NCBI GenBank assembly: GCA_051294375.1
Contig: CM119264.1
Coordinates: 27,994,663 to 28,058,662 of the forward strand
Direction of reading: 5' to 3'
Source of the DNA: Paraspadella gotoi
Taxonomy: Eukaryota; Animalia; Chaetognatha
Length of the DNA: 64,000 nucleotides
The notes under the pieces are model-generated. The model searched no databases and was not told the DNA's origin. It saw only the letters and a list, made by a program, of their open reading frames with translations. Each line of letters opens with the position of its first letter. Positions within the stretch are counted from its first letter, which is position 1. Shown piece by piece: positions 13,664 to 24,790 of this stretch. The translations under genes and the position numbers were made by a program.

Positions 13664-14089
13664 NNNNNNNNNNAGTAGAGAAGGAAAGTGAGGAAGAAAG
13701 GAGAAAGAAGAAAAATAAAAAATTGAAAACAATATCCGCAATCTATCAAAAGAGCAAAGAAATGACGAAACAAAATGGCAAACAAAATAATAGAAGTGGC
13801 AACGCAATATCTCTACAGAAGATAAAAAAAAGGTATTAAAATAGAACATAGATGAAGTCATGGCCGAAAGGGAGTAAAAAGAAGAGGGGAAAAAGGTGGG
13901 AAGGAAAACGAGAAAATGGCGGAACTAGAAGATGTGGAGGTGAGGTGGAATCAAAAAAAGAGAAGTAATGACTGGTTGTGACTGGGGGTGACTGGTAAGT
14001 AAATAGGAGAAACATTGAGATAAAATCAGCGAATGCTTTTCCTTGCTTAAGAGGAAAGGAATCCGACATATAGACGACATTTAGCCGAC

Positions 14090-14860
14090 GAAAAGTCTCT
14101 CTTTTTAATTATTTTTTCTGGGTATAGTCTTTTTTGTAACTATGATTCCGTTAATCAGACCGATAATGTAACTAAGTGGCTGCCATTAGAAAAATGGAAC
14201 CTGATGTGAGTTTCGGAGTGAAGGGACATCAATGCAAGCGTATACAGTCCAAATATGGCTCTGTAAAAGTTAGACAAAAGATAACTTCGCCGTGGAGCGC
14301 ACGAGTGTTAATGAATTGTGTGGGCCAAGGACATGAGCACGAAATTAAGTGTTCGACGAGATCCAACTAAAAAATTCCGCTGGTGCTAATGAAACTGATG
14401 AAGTGTTTGAACTAGGGATATATATATCATTGGGTTTTCATGGTGGCTATCCGTTGACACCAGGCGAAGAGATCGAAAGATCGGTCTGGCGAGGGAAATG
14501 AAAGAGGAAATCGGAGTGACTGCCGAAGACGTTATATGTAAGTTATAACTTTAGATATGCCAATTACAATTGTTCATGAAAGAGAATAATCTATTCATCT
14601 CGGTATGAGTTGTTTTTGCGTACAAATAGTGAAGAGACTTGAAAGATATATTAAGACTGTAGGGGCACGTTGATTTGATGAGTAGTCACTCTTAGGGGCG
14701 GATCAGTATCGTGCAATATGAGTTCTCAAATTTGGATACACCAACCGTTATGAAAATTTGGCTTTAAGAGCGATATGATACGATGCTGGCCATTTCACGT
14801 TTTCATGAAACGGAGAATATCGGAAAAGTTCGTTATCATTAAGGAGAGATCGAGAGGGGT
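14090..14860 (+). CDS. NUDT16-like (U8 snoRNA/mRNA decapping) Nudix hydrolase, intron-less, frameshifted in this assembly
   Basis: Across frames: KIPLVLM (about 14372), LGFHGG (14430), PGEEIE, GLAREMKEEIGV (14483-14518). This fits the Nudix box GX5EX7REUXEEXGU and the NUDT16 context ILMQMRFDGRLGFPGG...GLNRELREELG. Ends approximate. Confidence 0.75.
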
Positions 14861-14899
14861 ATACGAAAACGTCCAGATCTAGAGATGAAAACGCCGCTG

Positions 14900-17800
14900 A
14901 AGGACTAACCGTGTCGGGACTCCGGAGAACGCTCGGGATATTCAAGGGTTCCATTATATACGTGCGGTGAAGGCTCCGATCGGATGGTAATTACCTGCTT
15001 TTCTAAAACAACAATTTCGCTTTCGGCGGTCTCTTGAAACGCCAAGCCCAGTTGCTTCTGGGGCTCGAAAATCTGCTGGTATCTCTCGTCTGAAACGTTG
15101 GATAATATATATGCGGATATCGCAAACTAAAGATAAGGATTAAGAAGATAACATAATATAATTAATAATAGGTTTCTACATTATTTCTGAGATAACGACG
15201 TCATTAAGTACAAACTCCAAGCCAATTCTGATTATTATTTTCAACTTTTTTTAGGTTTTTCAAAATCAACCTATACTTTTACTTGCAAATTTATAATAGT
15301 GGCAAAAATATGTCATTTTACTATGACCATCCTCTCCATTATTCTAAAACAATGCTAATTGTTCTGTAACTTTGGTGAGAAGTATATGTTGCTTTTGAAG
15401 ATAGATTTGCGAAGACAAAATAGCAATTAAATGGAAAACACCTGATAAGATAACCCTCAAAGACTCCGAGAAAAAGAAACATTTCGAAGCAATTAAAAAA
15501 ACGTTATAGCTCTAAAACCAGATACGCTATTGGTTAACGAGAATGTGATTTCTGCGGTCCTATAGCATGCGTTTATCCTTTTGTTGCAATTCTTTTAGTA
15601 GTCTCCTCTTGCAGCAAAATAAAGCTCTTTAAGTAGAAAAAAATGGGTAATTTTCTCTCAAGCTCGATCAGTTATCTGAAGAAGGTAATTAAGTGAGCAA
15701 TTAAAAATATGATTTCTGAACATATATCAAACACATTAATTGCAATGAATGTATATATTTTAGGAATTCGTCGCTACGTTCGGTGGGACTATATGTTGAG
15801 ATTTGCAGCTTGCATCCCCTAGTTTATTATTGGTTTTATTCGAATTATAAACTATATTTCAAGATTTTTGGTCTCGCATATAATGGCAACAAGCAAGGGC
15901 TGGTTATATCTTTACTAGTTAACTTATGACTGGTAACTCCTATTGGCAGTTCGTTTTTCCAAAAATTTGAATGTAATTTTAGCTGAGTATCTACTCCATT
16001 ATTTAGAAATAAGCAAGCAACCTGATAATAATTGTTTTCTTCTTTGGATCTCTATTCATTCCAATCATTAATCTGGACACAAGATGGTACATGAGGCTTC
16101 GGTTGGATACACAAACGTTAGTTAGTACGGGTTTTTGCTCTTGCTATTCCTTGTCCTTCTGCTCGCGCGTCTTAAATTGAACTCTATCTCAAAAGCAGCT
16201 TTGATGTAGGGCCCATCTCGAATATATAATTGGTATTGGGTTTATATTATAAAGGGTTCTGTTTTTATTTTATTCTTTAATTGTTTGTTTGTACTGATTG
16301 CTGAATTTTTGTATTTTAAAAAAGGTTGTTATCGATGGCTAATAATTCGAATAATGATTTGAGCTGGTTTAATTAAAATATCGGTGGTGCGATACAAAGT
16401 GTTGGCGTGATTTGACATGTAGTAGAAATTATCATTATCTTCATTACACACGCCCTCGTTCCTAAAATCAATTGCTTCCTTTCTTCATATTACTCCTGGT
16501 TAATTTTTCATTCTAACCTTGGTCGATGTTTCTGAGATCAATATTCCAACTGGTTTTTTAATTCCAGTTTGGTTCCTATAGAGTTCGAAAAGATTCTTTC
16601 CTCCAATCACAATCGTGGATTAACTTTTTACCTTTTGGAGTTTTAGCGTGTTCCAATTTTTCGCAAGATGGTCGTAGGAACTTATTGTGGAGGCTCTTTC
16701 AGGTATTATTAATGCAACATAATTTATTCTTTTGTATCAGTTACAATGAGATACGCCATAACATAGATGCCCCCAGGCCATTTGCATACACTTAAAAAAC
16801 TACTTGATAGTCAAAATGAATAATCCTTGTGATTCTCCGTAGGTTTTGTTTCAGGTTCATACTGATTATAAGTGGAAGATCTAAGTTTTAAAATTGGCTT
16901 ACTATAATACTCGAGGTCTGGCCTGTGTTTTCGATGATGCTATACCCTAACAGCTCAGCGTTTTTCCCTATCGGAAACTTTCAAGAAAATTTTTAAGTCG
17001 CCCAGTACCTCTTCTATATTTCCTACTCTCTTTCCAAAAACACGTTTAATGCAATTGTCCAAAATCTTCTATTTCAGAAATGTCAATCGGTCTCGTTCGG
17101 TTCCTCTGTACAAAAGAACCCTCAAAAGAAATTTGATTCTAAGACTTTCTGACGGTTTTTGATATAGCTGTAGGTTATTACTATCTGTTCATCCTTCAGT
17201 TTGACCAGTAGAACTTGAATTTAGTACTTTATCCACAGTGTACACTTTAGTTATTCATTTTGTGGCAAAGTTATTTCAATCCTGTTCGCTTCGTTCATGA
17301 TCTTTGTACCTTTTGTGGCCTCAAAATAGGTTATGAAATACATCGTATCGAACCGTTTCGTATTGTAAATACTCCTCGTGAGCAATTATGGAAAGTGTTA
17401 CACAAAACCACCCAGAAACGACATTAATTAGTGAGCAGTTGATACTCCAGACATGTATTTTTTTTCTTTGTCTTGTAGTGACTTGGTGAACGTGATCCTG
17501 TAACTTTGTGAAATCACCATACATTTACCATTTTTTTTTCGAGAGTTAGCGGCACCAAACTCGACGGATCGAGTGGGCCCTCAGATAGATATTGGTTACC
17601 GTATGAATTCTAAGTGTAAACCAGGAACTCCGTTTCGAAGACACATGCATTCATGAAGCCCTTACCACTACAGGCATAATGTGTTTATATTTTTTCTGCG
17701 ATTACAAATCTATTCGCATTTTTCGGTTGTAAAAGATTTACTTTGTTATAAGGCTGGAATATGGCTTATGTGGTAGCAGCAGTTTTCGTCAAACCGTATT

Positions 17801-19273
17801 CAAAACGAAATGGTTTATTAAGTTTGGTTATTAAGTTAACTTCACAAAATGATCCCAAGTCTCGATCCTTACTGAGAATCGCTAACCCTTCTTTTTTAGT
17901 TCGTACGAAATAGATTGGATCTTTATACTGGAGGGTTGGTTAAATGTTTACAATTTTATCTCAGAGTGGTTGTATTTGCCGTTCTGTTATTTTGGCTTGG
18001 TTTATAAATAAAGTTCCTCGTAAACCCTTTTTCCTAGTAGAGCCCGATGCCAAGGGTTCCCAATTTTATCCGATATTTCTCTTTTAACGAATACAAGTAT
18101 TCTTTGTACCTGTAATCGTTGGAAACAACATGATGAATCCGGAACAATGGTGGTGTCGAAAAAAATACAAATAAATTCTATGCGCCACCAATGGACTACA
18201 TGAGCTTACAGAAACGCCTTTCATAGAAATTTTTGAGTTTTGTAGTTGTAAAACAATTTGTGTAAAGTTAGTGTAGATTTGTTGCTCTTTGTAATCTACT
18301 AATTTCCTTCTTCATTTTAGGTATGCAGTATCCAAAAGAAAATCTTTTTCGAGTAAATTCATTGTTATACGCATGGTTTGCTGGGCCGAACCTCAATCCC
18401 CCTAATGTAAAATCGTCGCCACCGGGATGAATGCGATTGGCCCTTGTGGCCGCCATCCGGGAAATCGGAAAACGAACAAAGACGATCATGTGAGAAACTC
18501 GACAAAATGTTGTAAAAAGTCCCTTCCAAGAAAACGTGGAAAGGTGTTAACCTATTGATTCGTATGCGTGCGCCCTGAAGGTGACCTCTATCAGTGTCTC
18601 CTTTGTGCGCTTCAATCGGACCTTCGCAAGAAGTGCCTGAAAACCAAAGATCCTCTGCGTTTTCGTCTCTGTACTCAACCGCGGACCCATGACGGCGGAT
18701 CATCAAATGATCCTCATCCCTCGTAATTCCTATACCCGTTGGACCGGGACCAGATTGGCGATCTCGTATACCAACTTGCGGTCCACGCTTCCTGGGGCGG
18801 AATCCTAGCGCGGATGGCGCGTCGCTGGCAACCGCCGACACCGCGACCGTCGGTGCTGGCAAGTCTGATGCCAGAGCGAATTTCTCTCAAGAATTACCAC
18901 GATTGGGAGACCAAGGCACTGAAGACTTGAAGCGGAAAATCATCCAGGCGATGGCCTCAGCCTAAAGTCATCTCAAAGGGAAATAGGACGTTTCGCTCAC
19001 TTTTCCAAGATGGCTCGTTTACGAAGGAAAACGGCCAAGTATTTTGCCCTCATAGAGAATTCTCGCGCTGGCTCCATCACTTTGGCACCCTATATCATTA
19101 TTTATCCCTATTACCGTGAAACACACCTCTCCGGCGGTAATTTGCCTCAGTCCCGCCACCAGGGCGACCCAGATGGGCGTGATTCTTCAAAACGCAATTC
19201 GGTTGTGAGGATGCCCTGGGGGCGGCCTTTTTAACGAGGCCGAGTACGAGGTTGGCAAGAAAAAAAAATTCAT
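14900..19273 (-). CDS. Very large Cys-rich membrane (glyco)protein with N-terminal signal peptide and C-terminal hydrophobic segments; possibly two genes
   Basis: ATG at 19273 gives MNFF-FLANLVLGLVK. Protein-like minus frames follow (ITAGEVCFTVIGINNDIGCQSDGASARILYEGK; EDLWFSGTSCEGPIEAHK; NEFTRKRFSFGYCIPK), with Cys throughout, hydrophobic stretches at about 15120-15740 and a polar tail SNVSDERYQQIFEPQKQ. No intron-like or microsatellite interruptions; many indels. Confidence 0.5.
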
Positions 19274-19279
19274 ATTTCA

Positions 19280-19570
19280 ATTTCTTCCTCTCGACCAAAG
19301 ATTTAATTTTTAAAATCCGACTTTCTTCCGAAAAATTTTGAGTCGCATCTACAGGTTAAGAGTGACGTACCGGCGCACGTGTTCACCCTCACTGTACCTT
19401 ATCTAACGGTAACACTGCAAAACTGTGGGAAGTCCCTCGGCGCGGTTTCCTTATTTAAAGTTAGAGGAAAGCAGGTGGTTCAAACCGAACCTGAGCGCGC
19501 GCCTCGCTAATCACGGACACGGAACACCGAAAAGGTCGGCTAGTGCAATCGAGCACAAAGTGCACAACCC
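19280..19570. promoter_or_regulatory. Candidate bidirectional promoter between the large membrane gene (-) and small ORFs (+)
   Basis: Non-coding gap between divergent ATGs (19273 and 19571) with TGACGT (about 19363), E-box CACGTG (about 19376) and TATTTAAA (about 19452). Confidence 0.35.
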
Positions 19571-19765
19571 ATGCCAGAGTCCTTTCCTCCTCTGAGAAGG
19601 GTTGTAGAAGTAAGTCGACGAATGGTTTCTAAATCCTTTTTTTCACACCATCTTTTCTTATCTATATTTATTCTATTATATTTATTATAAAAACTGCTTG
19701 TGCCGTTATGTCGTCGTCCGTCTTTATTTTTTTTACGCATAAAAAACCTACGACGAAAAATTTAG
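19571..19765 (+). CDS. Small putative membrane protein
   Basis: MPESFPPLRRVVEVSRRMVSKSFFSHHLFLSIFILLYLL, then a stop and a continuing in-frame basic tail. Confidence 0.25.
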
Positions 19766-19825
19766 ATTTTGATTTTTATACTTATCCTCAAACTAATGCT
19801 ATCATAGTAAGTTAAAAATTAAAAT

Positions 19826-19942
19826 ATGGCTTCGATCAATCTTAAAGATCTTTTGAAATTGTCATGTTCATATGGATACATTTATCTTATTTATTTTCTA
19901 ATTTGTAATTTTGTAGTAAGTTATAATATTAAGGAAATTTAA
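19826..19942 (+). CDS. 38-aa putative membrane micro-protein
   Basis: MASINLKDLLKLSCSYGYIYLIYFLICNFVVSYNIKEI*, with A-rich context before the ATG. Confidence 0.25.
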   Translation: MASINLKDLLKLSCSYGYIYLIYFLICNFVVSYNIKEI

Positions 19943-20079
19943 ACAAAAAAATATTTTAGCAATCTATATGAAATCTTGATAATTTAAAAGATCTAACTTC
20001 CATTGTAAAATTGTAAATTTTTAAATTGTAAACAATTGTATTTTTTTTTTCAATCATGGTGCAGCGGCTTGGAAATCGC

Positions 20080-20560
20080 AGCAATCATTTTATTATTATC
20101 GCATCAATCATTTGGTTATTTATCTGCATCAAAATTATTTGGTTATCATCCATATCAATATTTAGTTATCATCTCATCAATAGTTTAGTTTTCAATTGCA
20201 TCAAATAATTAGTTATCAATCGCATTATAATCAATTACTATTATTATTAATCAATCTATTATTATAAATTATATCAATCAATTACTATTATCAATCAATT
20301 AACGATTACATCGATTAATTACGATTACATCAATCAATTACATCCATCAAATTATTACGATTAACATCCATCAATTACGATTATCATCCATTAATTACAA
20401 ATTACTATTCAATAATTACATACTCCAAATTCAATTTACGAATACATCATCAACGTTATTATCAATAATTACTAATTACATTAATAAATTAATCTTACAA
20501 TTATTAAATAGTAATATTCATTAATCAATTACTGTATTATATCGAATCAATTCTTATTCC
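20080..20560. repeat. AT-rich degenerate tandem repeat (ATCAATTAC/GATTAC units) between convergent genes of island 2
   Basis: Repeated ATCAATTA, ATTACGATTA and TTAGTTATCA motifs. Confidence 0.6.
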
Positions 20561-20656
20561 CATAATTTTTTTCGTTTTTCTTCCCGTGATTTCCTTTTTT
20601 ATTAATTTTTTCTTTGTGATAGTAACGTCTGGCCAGATCACACTATACTTAAGATT

Positions 20657-21539
20657 TTAATTTTTTTGAGCACGGAAAGGAAAAGATTCGTCTGGCTCTA
20701 CATACCTTGCTTGTTCGTCAAACCTTGTCTTATCCAAACTATCCTTCATTTCGGGTTCTTTTCTTGCGCCATGTCCGGAATGACAACGGCGACTGCTGGA
20801 ATTCAAGATTGCGTCAACATAACACCTTATCGATCCGAGGTTTAATAATTGCGCATATCCGTCGACCTTCCCTGATTTCGTGGTACCTATTCCTGTATCT
20901 ATTTCTAACATCCGGTTCCTTCACCATTTATTTTCATTGGGCAGGAAGTTTGGAAATCGACCTCACTTCTGAAAAGGAGTGGCAATTTAACGGGAAGAGA
21001 GAACACAACTTGCCGAACTCCCCGGCGTAAATCGCCCTGGCTTCATCGCGACCTAATGGATGAAGCTCTAAGCGGTAGTGAGCCGCGTTGAATAGCAACA
21101 TTCGTCGGACGGCTACGACCGGATGTCATTAGGAGAGACATAAATCGACCGGTGGGCGTTTGCTTATTTACCCCTATCGATAGAGTTATGGTTGACGCCA
21201 GCCGCAGAACATATCACCGTCTTCTTTCCGCAGCGGCTGATCCAGAAGTGCCGGGCGTCGCGCAGCGTGAGAACTTTGATTGGGGGCGCGCCAATGTGGT
21301 CTCTGGGCCAAACACCGGAGCAGGACCTCGTCATGTTCGACCGATGACGGACGACGACGACGACACGAGTCGGAATGAAAACTAGAATCCTGTCACGATT
21401 TTACTTCTGGTCCCGGTAGGCGTTAAGAGCTACACAATCAAATTTTTAACGTAAATTATATCGATTCGATTTAAGAGGCACCCGATTGTGTCCAACATAA
21501 TTTTCTCGTGTTACCACTCTCGATTTATTATATCTCCAT
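20657..21539 (-). CDS. Orphan protein, about 280 aa, frameshifted
   Basis: ATG at 21539 directly after the upstream gene's stop/AATAAA; frames EKIMLDTIGCLLNRIDIIYV, RMLLFNAAHYRLELHPLGRDEARAIYAGEFGKLC and GTTKSGKVDGYAQLL...RYVEPDESFPFRAQKN*. Confidence 0.45.
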
Positions 21540-21544
21540 ATTTA

Positions 21545-21940
21545 TTATTTATTTTCGCCTAATCATGAGATGGCTGTTTTTAATTCATTGAGGTTTAATT
21601 TCAGCATACTATTCTACCTTCCAGCGCGTTAGAGGATCATAAGTTTTTATCCATCGCGACTTCGATAGATCGAAGAACAAAAACGAGAATGGCGACCAGA
21701 AATCGAGTCCTCGCGTGTGGATTCACTGTAAGCGCCACACGGTGGTCGTGGCCGACCACGGGGACTTCGAATCCTGGTCGCTCTACTCCCCAACCGCACG
21801 GACGGCACCACCAACCCTTCCTTAATTCTCCAAGGCGGCGGGAATGCAGAAGTTAAGGGGCCTCCTTGATTGATTTCGTGGCTGTCTCTATCCACGGAGC
21901 CGCCGTTAAAGGAGACATCGACGAACAAGGGTTTGGACAT
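21545..21940 (-). CDS. Orphan protein, about 125 aa
   Basis: Stitched across indels: MSKPLFVDVSFNG-APWIETATKSIKEA-LNFCIPAALEN...DFWSPFSFLFFDLSKSRWIKTYDPLTRWKVE...LKLNLNELKTAIS. Confidence 0.35.
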
Positions 21941-21949
21941 TTCCAATAT

Positions 21950-22383
21950 TATCGATCGAGTAAATTCCATTTCATTTTACAATTAGGTTGATGTGCAGGC
22001 GCAAATAACATAATATGAATCCGTAATCTTAGGTGACCGCAAACAATTGAAACAAGTTGCCAGTTATTGTTCGGCTTATGGAAATTCCTCAAAATTATCC
22101 CGGTGTGTCGTTCACGGAAGTCGACGCACGACTCTCCTTTGACAAGGGAAGCACATGGATAGAGATAAGCTAGAGAGCATTCTTTAGACTCTACCCAGAA
22201 ATCCGCATCCGGTAGAACTTTTTTCTGCTTTTGAAATAGCTTGTGTCTTATTCATCAGTTCTTTTTTTTTGCTGGAAATAAAAGAACAAGTTTCGGAACT
22301 AGTTAAAACGATAAAAATGATACAAAAATAAAAGCTGATCAAAACGAATGAACAAAAGATAAAGAAACAATTTGACTTTGCAT
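21950..22383 (-). CDS. Small protein with N-terminal hydrophobic anchor and Cys-rich domain
   Basis: ATG at 22383 and a T-rich hydrophobic start, then KVLPDADFWVESKECSLAYLYPCASLVKGESCVDF...TCFNCLRSPKITDSYYVICAC. Confidence 0.4.
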
Positions 22384-22389
22384 TGAGTC

Positions 22390-23633
22390 AGACTAATTGA
22401 GCCAATACTCATATCTAGATTATGAAATTGGATTCTTTCCTCGTTCTCAGGCAATCGACAAAGAGACCCTATCGTTCATAAAAGCCTCTTCTACATGGGA
22501 CAGTATCCAGGCCTGGTCGGGTCTCGAGTCGGATACGGAATTCAACTGCAATCTGACTCTTATGTTCAGCATTGCTCAGGCGATCGCCTGCCGCAGAAGG
22601 CGGTATCCATCACTCATATCGCACTTCGTGGGAAGGGGTCGGGAAAGTCATCCGTCCTTTCTTTTTAAAATTTCTCCGTAATTTCTTTTATCCAACCCGC
22701 TGTGTTAACTTTTTTCATGTACAGGATCTCTTCGATTGGTACGTTTTTCTCGCAACATTACGGAGCCAGATAACCACTTATAACCCCATACGACCTCATG
22801 ATTAGGAGATAGCGTTGCCTCCCACGGGCGTCCAAAGCGAATCTAACAGAAAATTTTACAAATACTACAAAAAAGAATCGGCTCTTTTATCATTCCAATC
22901 TGTCGTCAATGGGCGCCAGTTTAAACGCAACGTCTGGACCAGGTTAATATTATATACCTACCGCTTTTACAAGATTTAGGGTGTTCTAATGGTAAGGAAA
23001 TGAATCATTAATTCTCAAAGGGTCAATAAGCCCTGAGCAAGACGACGATGCCGATCTGCTAACCATAGCCCAGTTGTGCGTACTGCTTTAATCAGGGAAT
23101 GCCTGCGATAGCCGTCTGGAGCCTTCGCTGAGCGTTGCAGCCGGCCTCAAAAGATGGCATCTGTATAGAACGATTCTCATGGACGAAAACCAGAATTTCC
23201 GTTGGACTTGATGAACGAATCTGCGATGGCGACTGACAAGTTAGCCGACGTCGTAACTTCGAAAATGTCTGCCGACGCCAAAATTAAACTTGAGAAAATT
23301 TGTGCGGGCCAAGAATTGAACGACTGCGGCGTTCAATGGCAATTGCAAAACTAGAACTACTTAACCCAAATAATTGGGGTTAATAGGAAACAAAGAAGCG
23401 CGGCATTGGTTCATGGTTTTATCGGCATAACTTAGTCGTCTAGGCGAAATTCTATCAGTGATACCATTTTTCAACTTTTTCTAATGGTCTGTTGTTCTAT
23501 ATACTCCTTTTTAGATTTGTGGCTAATTGACATATTGATATTTCTTTTGTTTGATAAACTCTTTATATTCTAAAGTTTGGTGATTCAATTTTTTTGTCTG
23601 CTTTGCATTATCTATCAAGGATAACCCGGGCAT
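22390..23633 (-). CDS. Orphan protein, about 400 aa, divergent from the polymerase gene
   Basis: ATG at 23633: MPGLSLIDNAKQTKKLNHQTLEYKEFIKQKKYQYV...GITDRISPRRLSYADKTMNQCRASLFPINPNYLG...EKNVPIEEILYMKKVNTAGWIKEITEKF...CDMSDGYRLLRQAIA...QAWILSHVEEAFMNDRVSLS. Confidence 0.4.
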
Positions 23634-23667
23634 AAACCGATGATATGCAACTCAAAAGCGTCAAAAA

Positions 23668-24790
23668 ATGGCCCGGGTCGTAGAACCCGGTGCGGGTCTA
23701 AACAAACCTAAATCTCGCTCGATAGGAGAAACGATTTTCGAATTGGAAACTGGTCGATGAGGAACGACATCGAGGCGGAAATAAAGGAGAAACTGAGGAG
23801 GAATCTGTTCTTCTTTAGCGGCGCCAAGGGCCGACGTCTTTTGTACCAAATCAAAGTGGGCACGCCACAAGTCTCCGTCGCGTTTTATACGTCCAAAAAC
23901 ATGGACATCACATCTTCCAACAGATGGACACCGACCCACTACATCTGCTCCGACTCGCCTTAAAGGGATGCCGGGATCTCTCGACAATTCGACACCGTGG
24001 CCGCATCCGCACTCGTTCGGTCCACCCTCACAATGGACCACTCACTCAGTAGCCGTTCTACGTCCACGGTTTCCTCTGCCATACTTTTCTACGCTTTGAC
24101 GGCCCCGCCTGATTTTTTTCTGCGCAGCAAGATTGTCAAGAGCATTTTCGCCAGGCTATGGAGGAACAACGTTGTCAAAGAACGAATGAGGTCCACCGAG
24201 AGGAAAGTCATTCAATCGTTGGCCACTTCGGTTCTCCATGCCAGTAGACTTGCTATCAAGCGAGAAGCATGTGATGGCTTTCACTACAACAAAAAAGCTC
24301 ACCTTTCCTCAAAATATCACCGTTCGCGCTCTAACCATCGACTCATCGAAGCCCCAGCTGAAAAAACGGCTCCTGACCTAAGGGTTTCGCGGTCGCGCTC
24401 ACGATGCGTCTTATCAAGCGCACAGCAGTTCTCCTGCTTCGAAGGCAACATTGACCTTTGAGGTCGCTTCTATGGTTGAGCCGACGTGGGGGCTAGGTGT
24501 ATAATTTGGTCGACGCATTGCGCGGCGGAAAATTATCATCGGAGGTTACCGCAGGAGAGGGTCAAAGCATGCCTAAAGCAAAACCTCGGTGCCCGATCGA
24601 AAGTCGACGTCGCTTGGAAGGAACTGTAAATTCGCTACTCGACCGAGGGCGACCATACGGACAAAGTCGCGCCCTTACCGGGTTTCTTAGTTTTCGACAT
24701 CGAGTGGCCGGGCGAAAAGGTGCGTTTCATTCCAGAGCCGGACAAAGATCCCGTATTCAAATCGGCACGTTGTACACGAAACGGCGCACA
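23668..24790 (+). CDS. POLD1: DNA polymerase delta catalytic subunit-like family B polymerase, N-terminal ~330 aa (NTD plus start of the 3'-5' exonuclease), intron-less, truncated by low-quality sequence
   Basis: Ordered Pol delta motifs across indels: KWAR (about 23855; W.RP), IFQQMDTD-HYI (about 23912; IFQQLEIDHYV), YVHGF-PYF-YA-APPDF (about 24058; HIHGFAPYFYTPAPPGF), FSCFEGNID-FE-RF-MV (about 24429; YEANVDFEIRFMV), RCPIE-VDVAWKEL, and [31 protein letters not shown] (24663-24767; [30 protein letters not shown], ExoI). Confidence 0.92.

Noticed and set aside
18365-18500. Apparent integrase HHCC zinc finger (HDRL...GGHKGQ...RRFY...PC) on the minus strand, and a GDLVY...RRWQPP GPY/F-like motif on the plus strand at about 18750
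   Set aside because: The two motifs are on opposite strands, no DDE core, RT or RNase H is nearby, and the region reads better as part of the signal-peptide membrane gene.
23179-23385. Plus-strand frame PEFPLDLMNESAMATDKLADVV... followed by a hairpin TTAACCCAAATAATTGGGGTTAA (giant-virus hairpin terminator idea)
   Set aside because: It lies antisense within the longer minus-strand gene starting at 23633, so it is probably a shadow ORF, and the other island genes do not end in hairpins.
23668-24790. Calling the frameshifted genes (POLD1-like, Nudix, LINE) pseudogenes
   Set aside because: The defects are mostly 1-nt insertions, the same pattern seen in the noisy duplicate at 28758-29235, which points to raw long-read error rather than biological decay.
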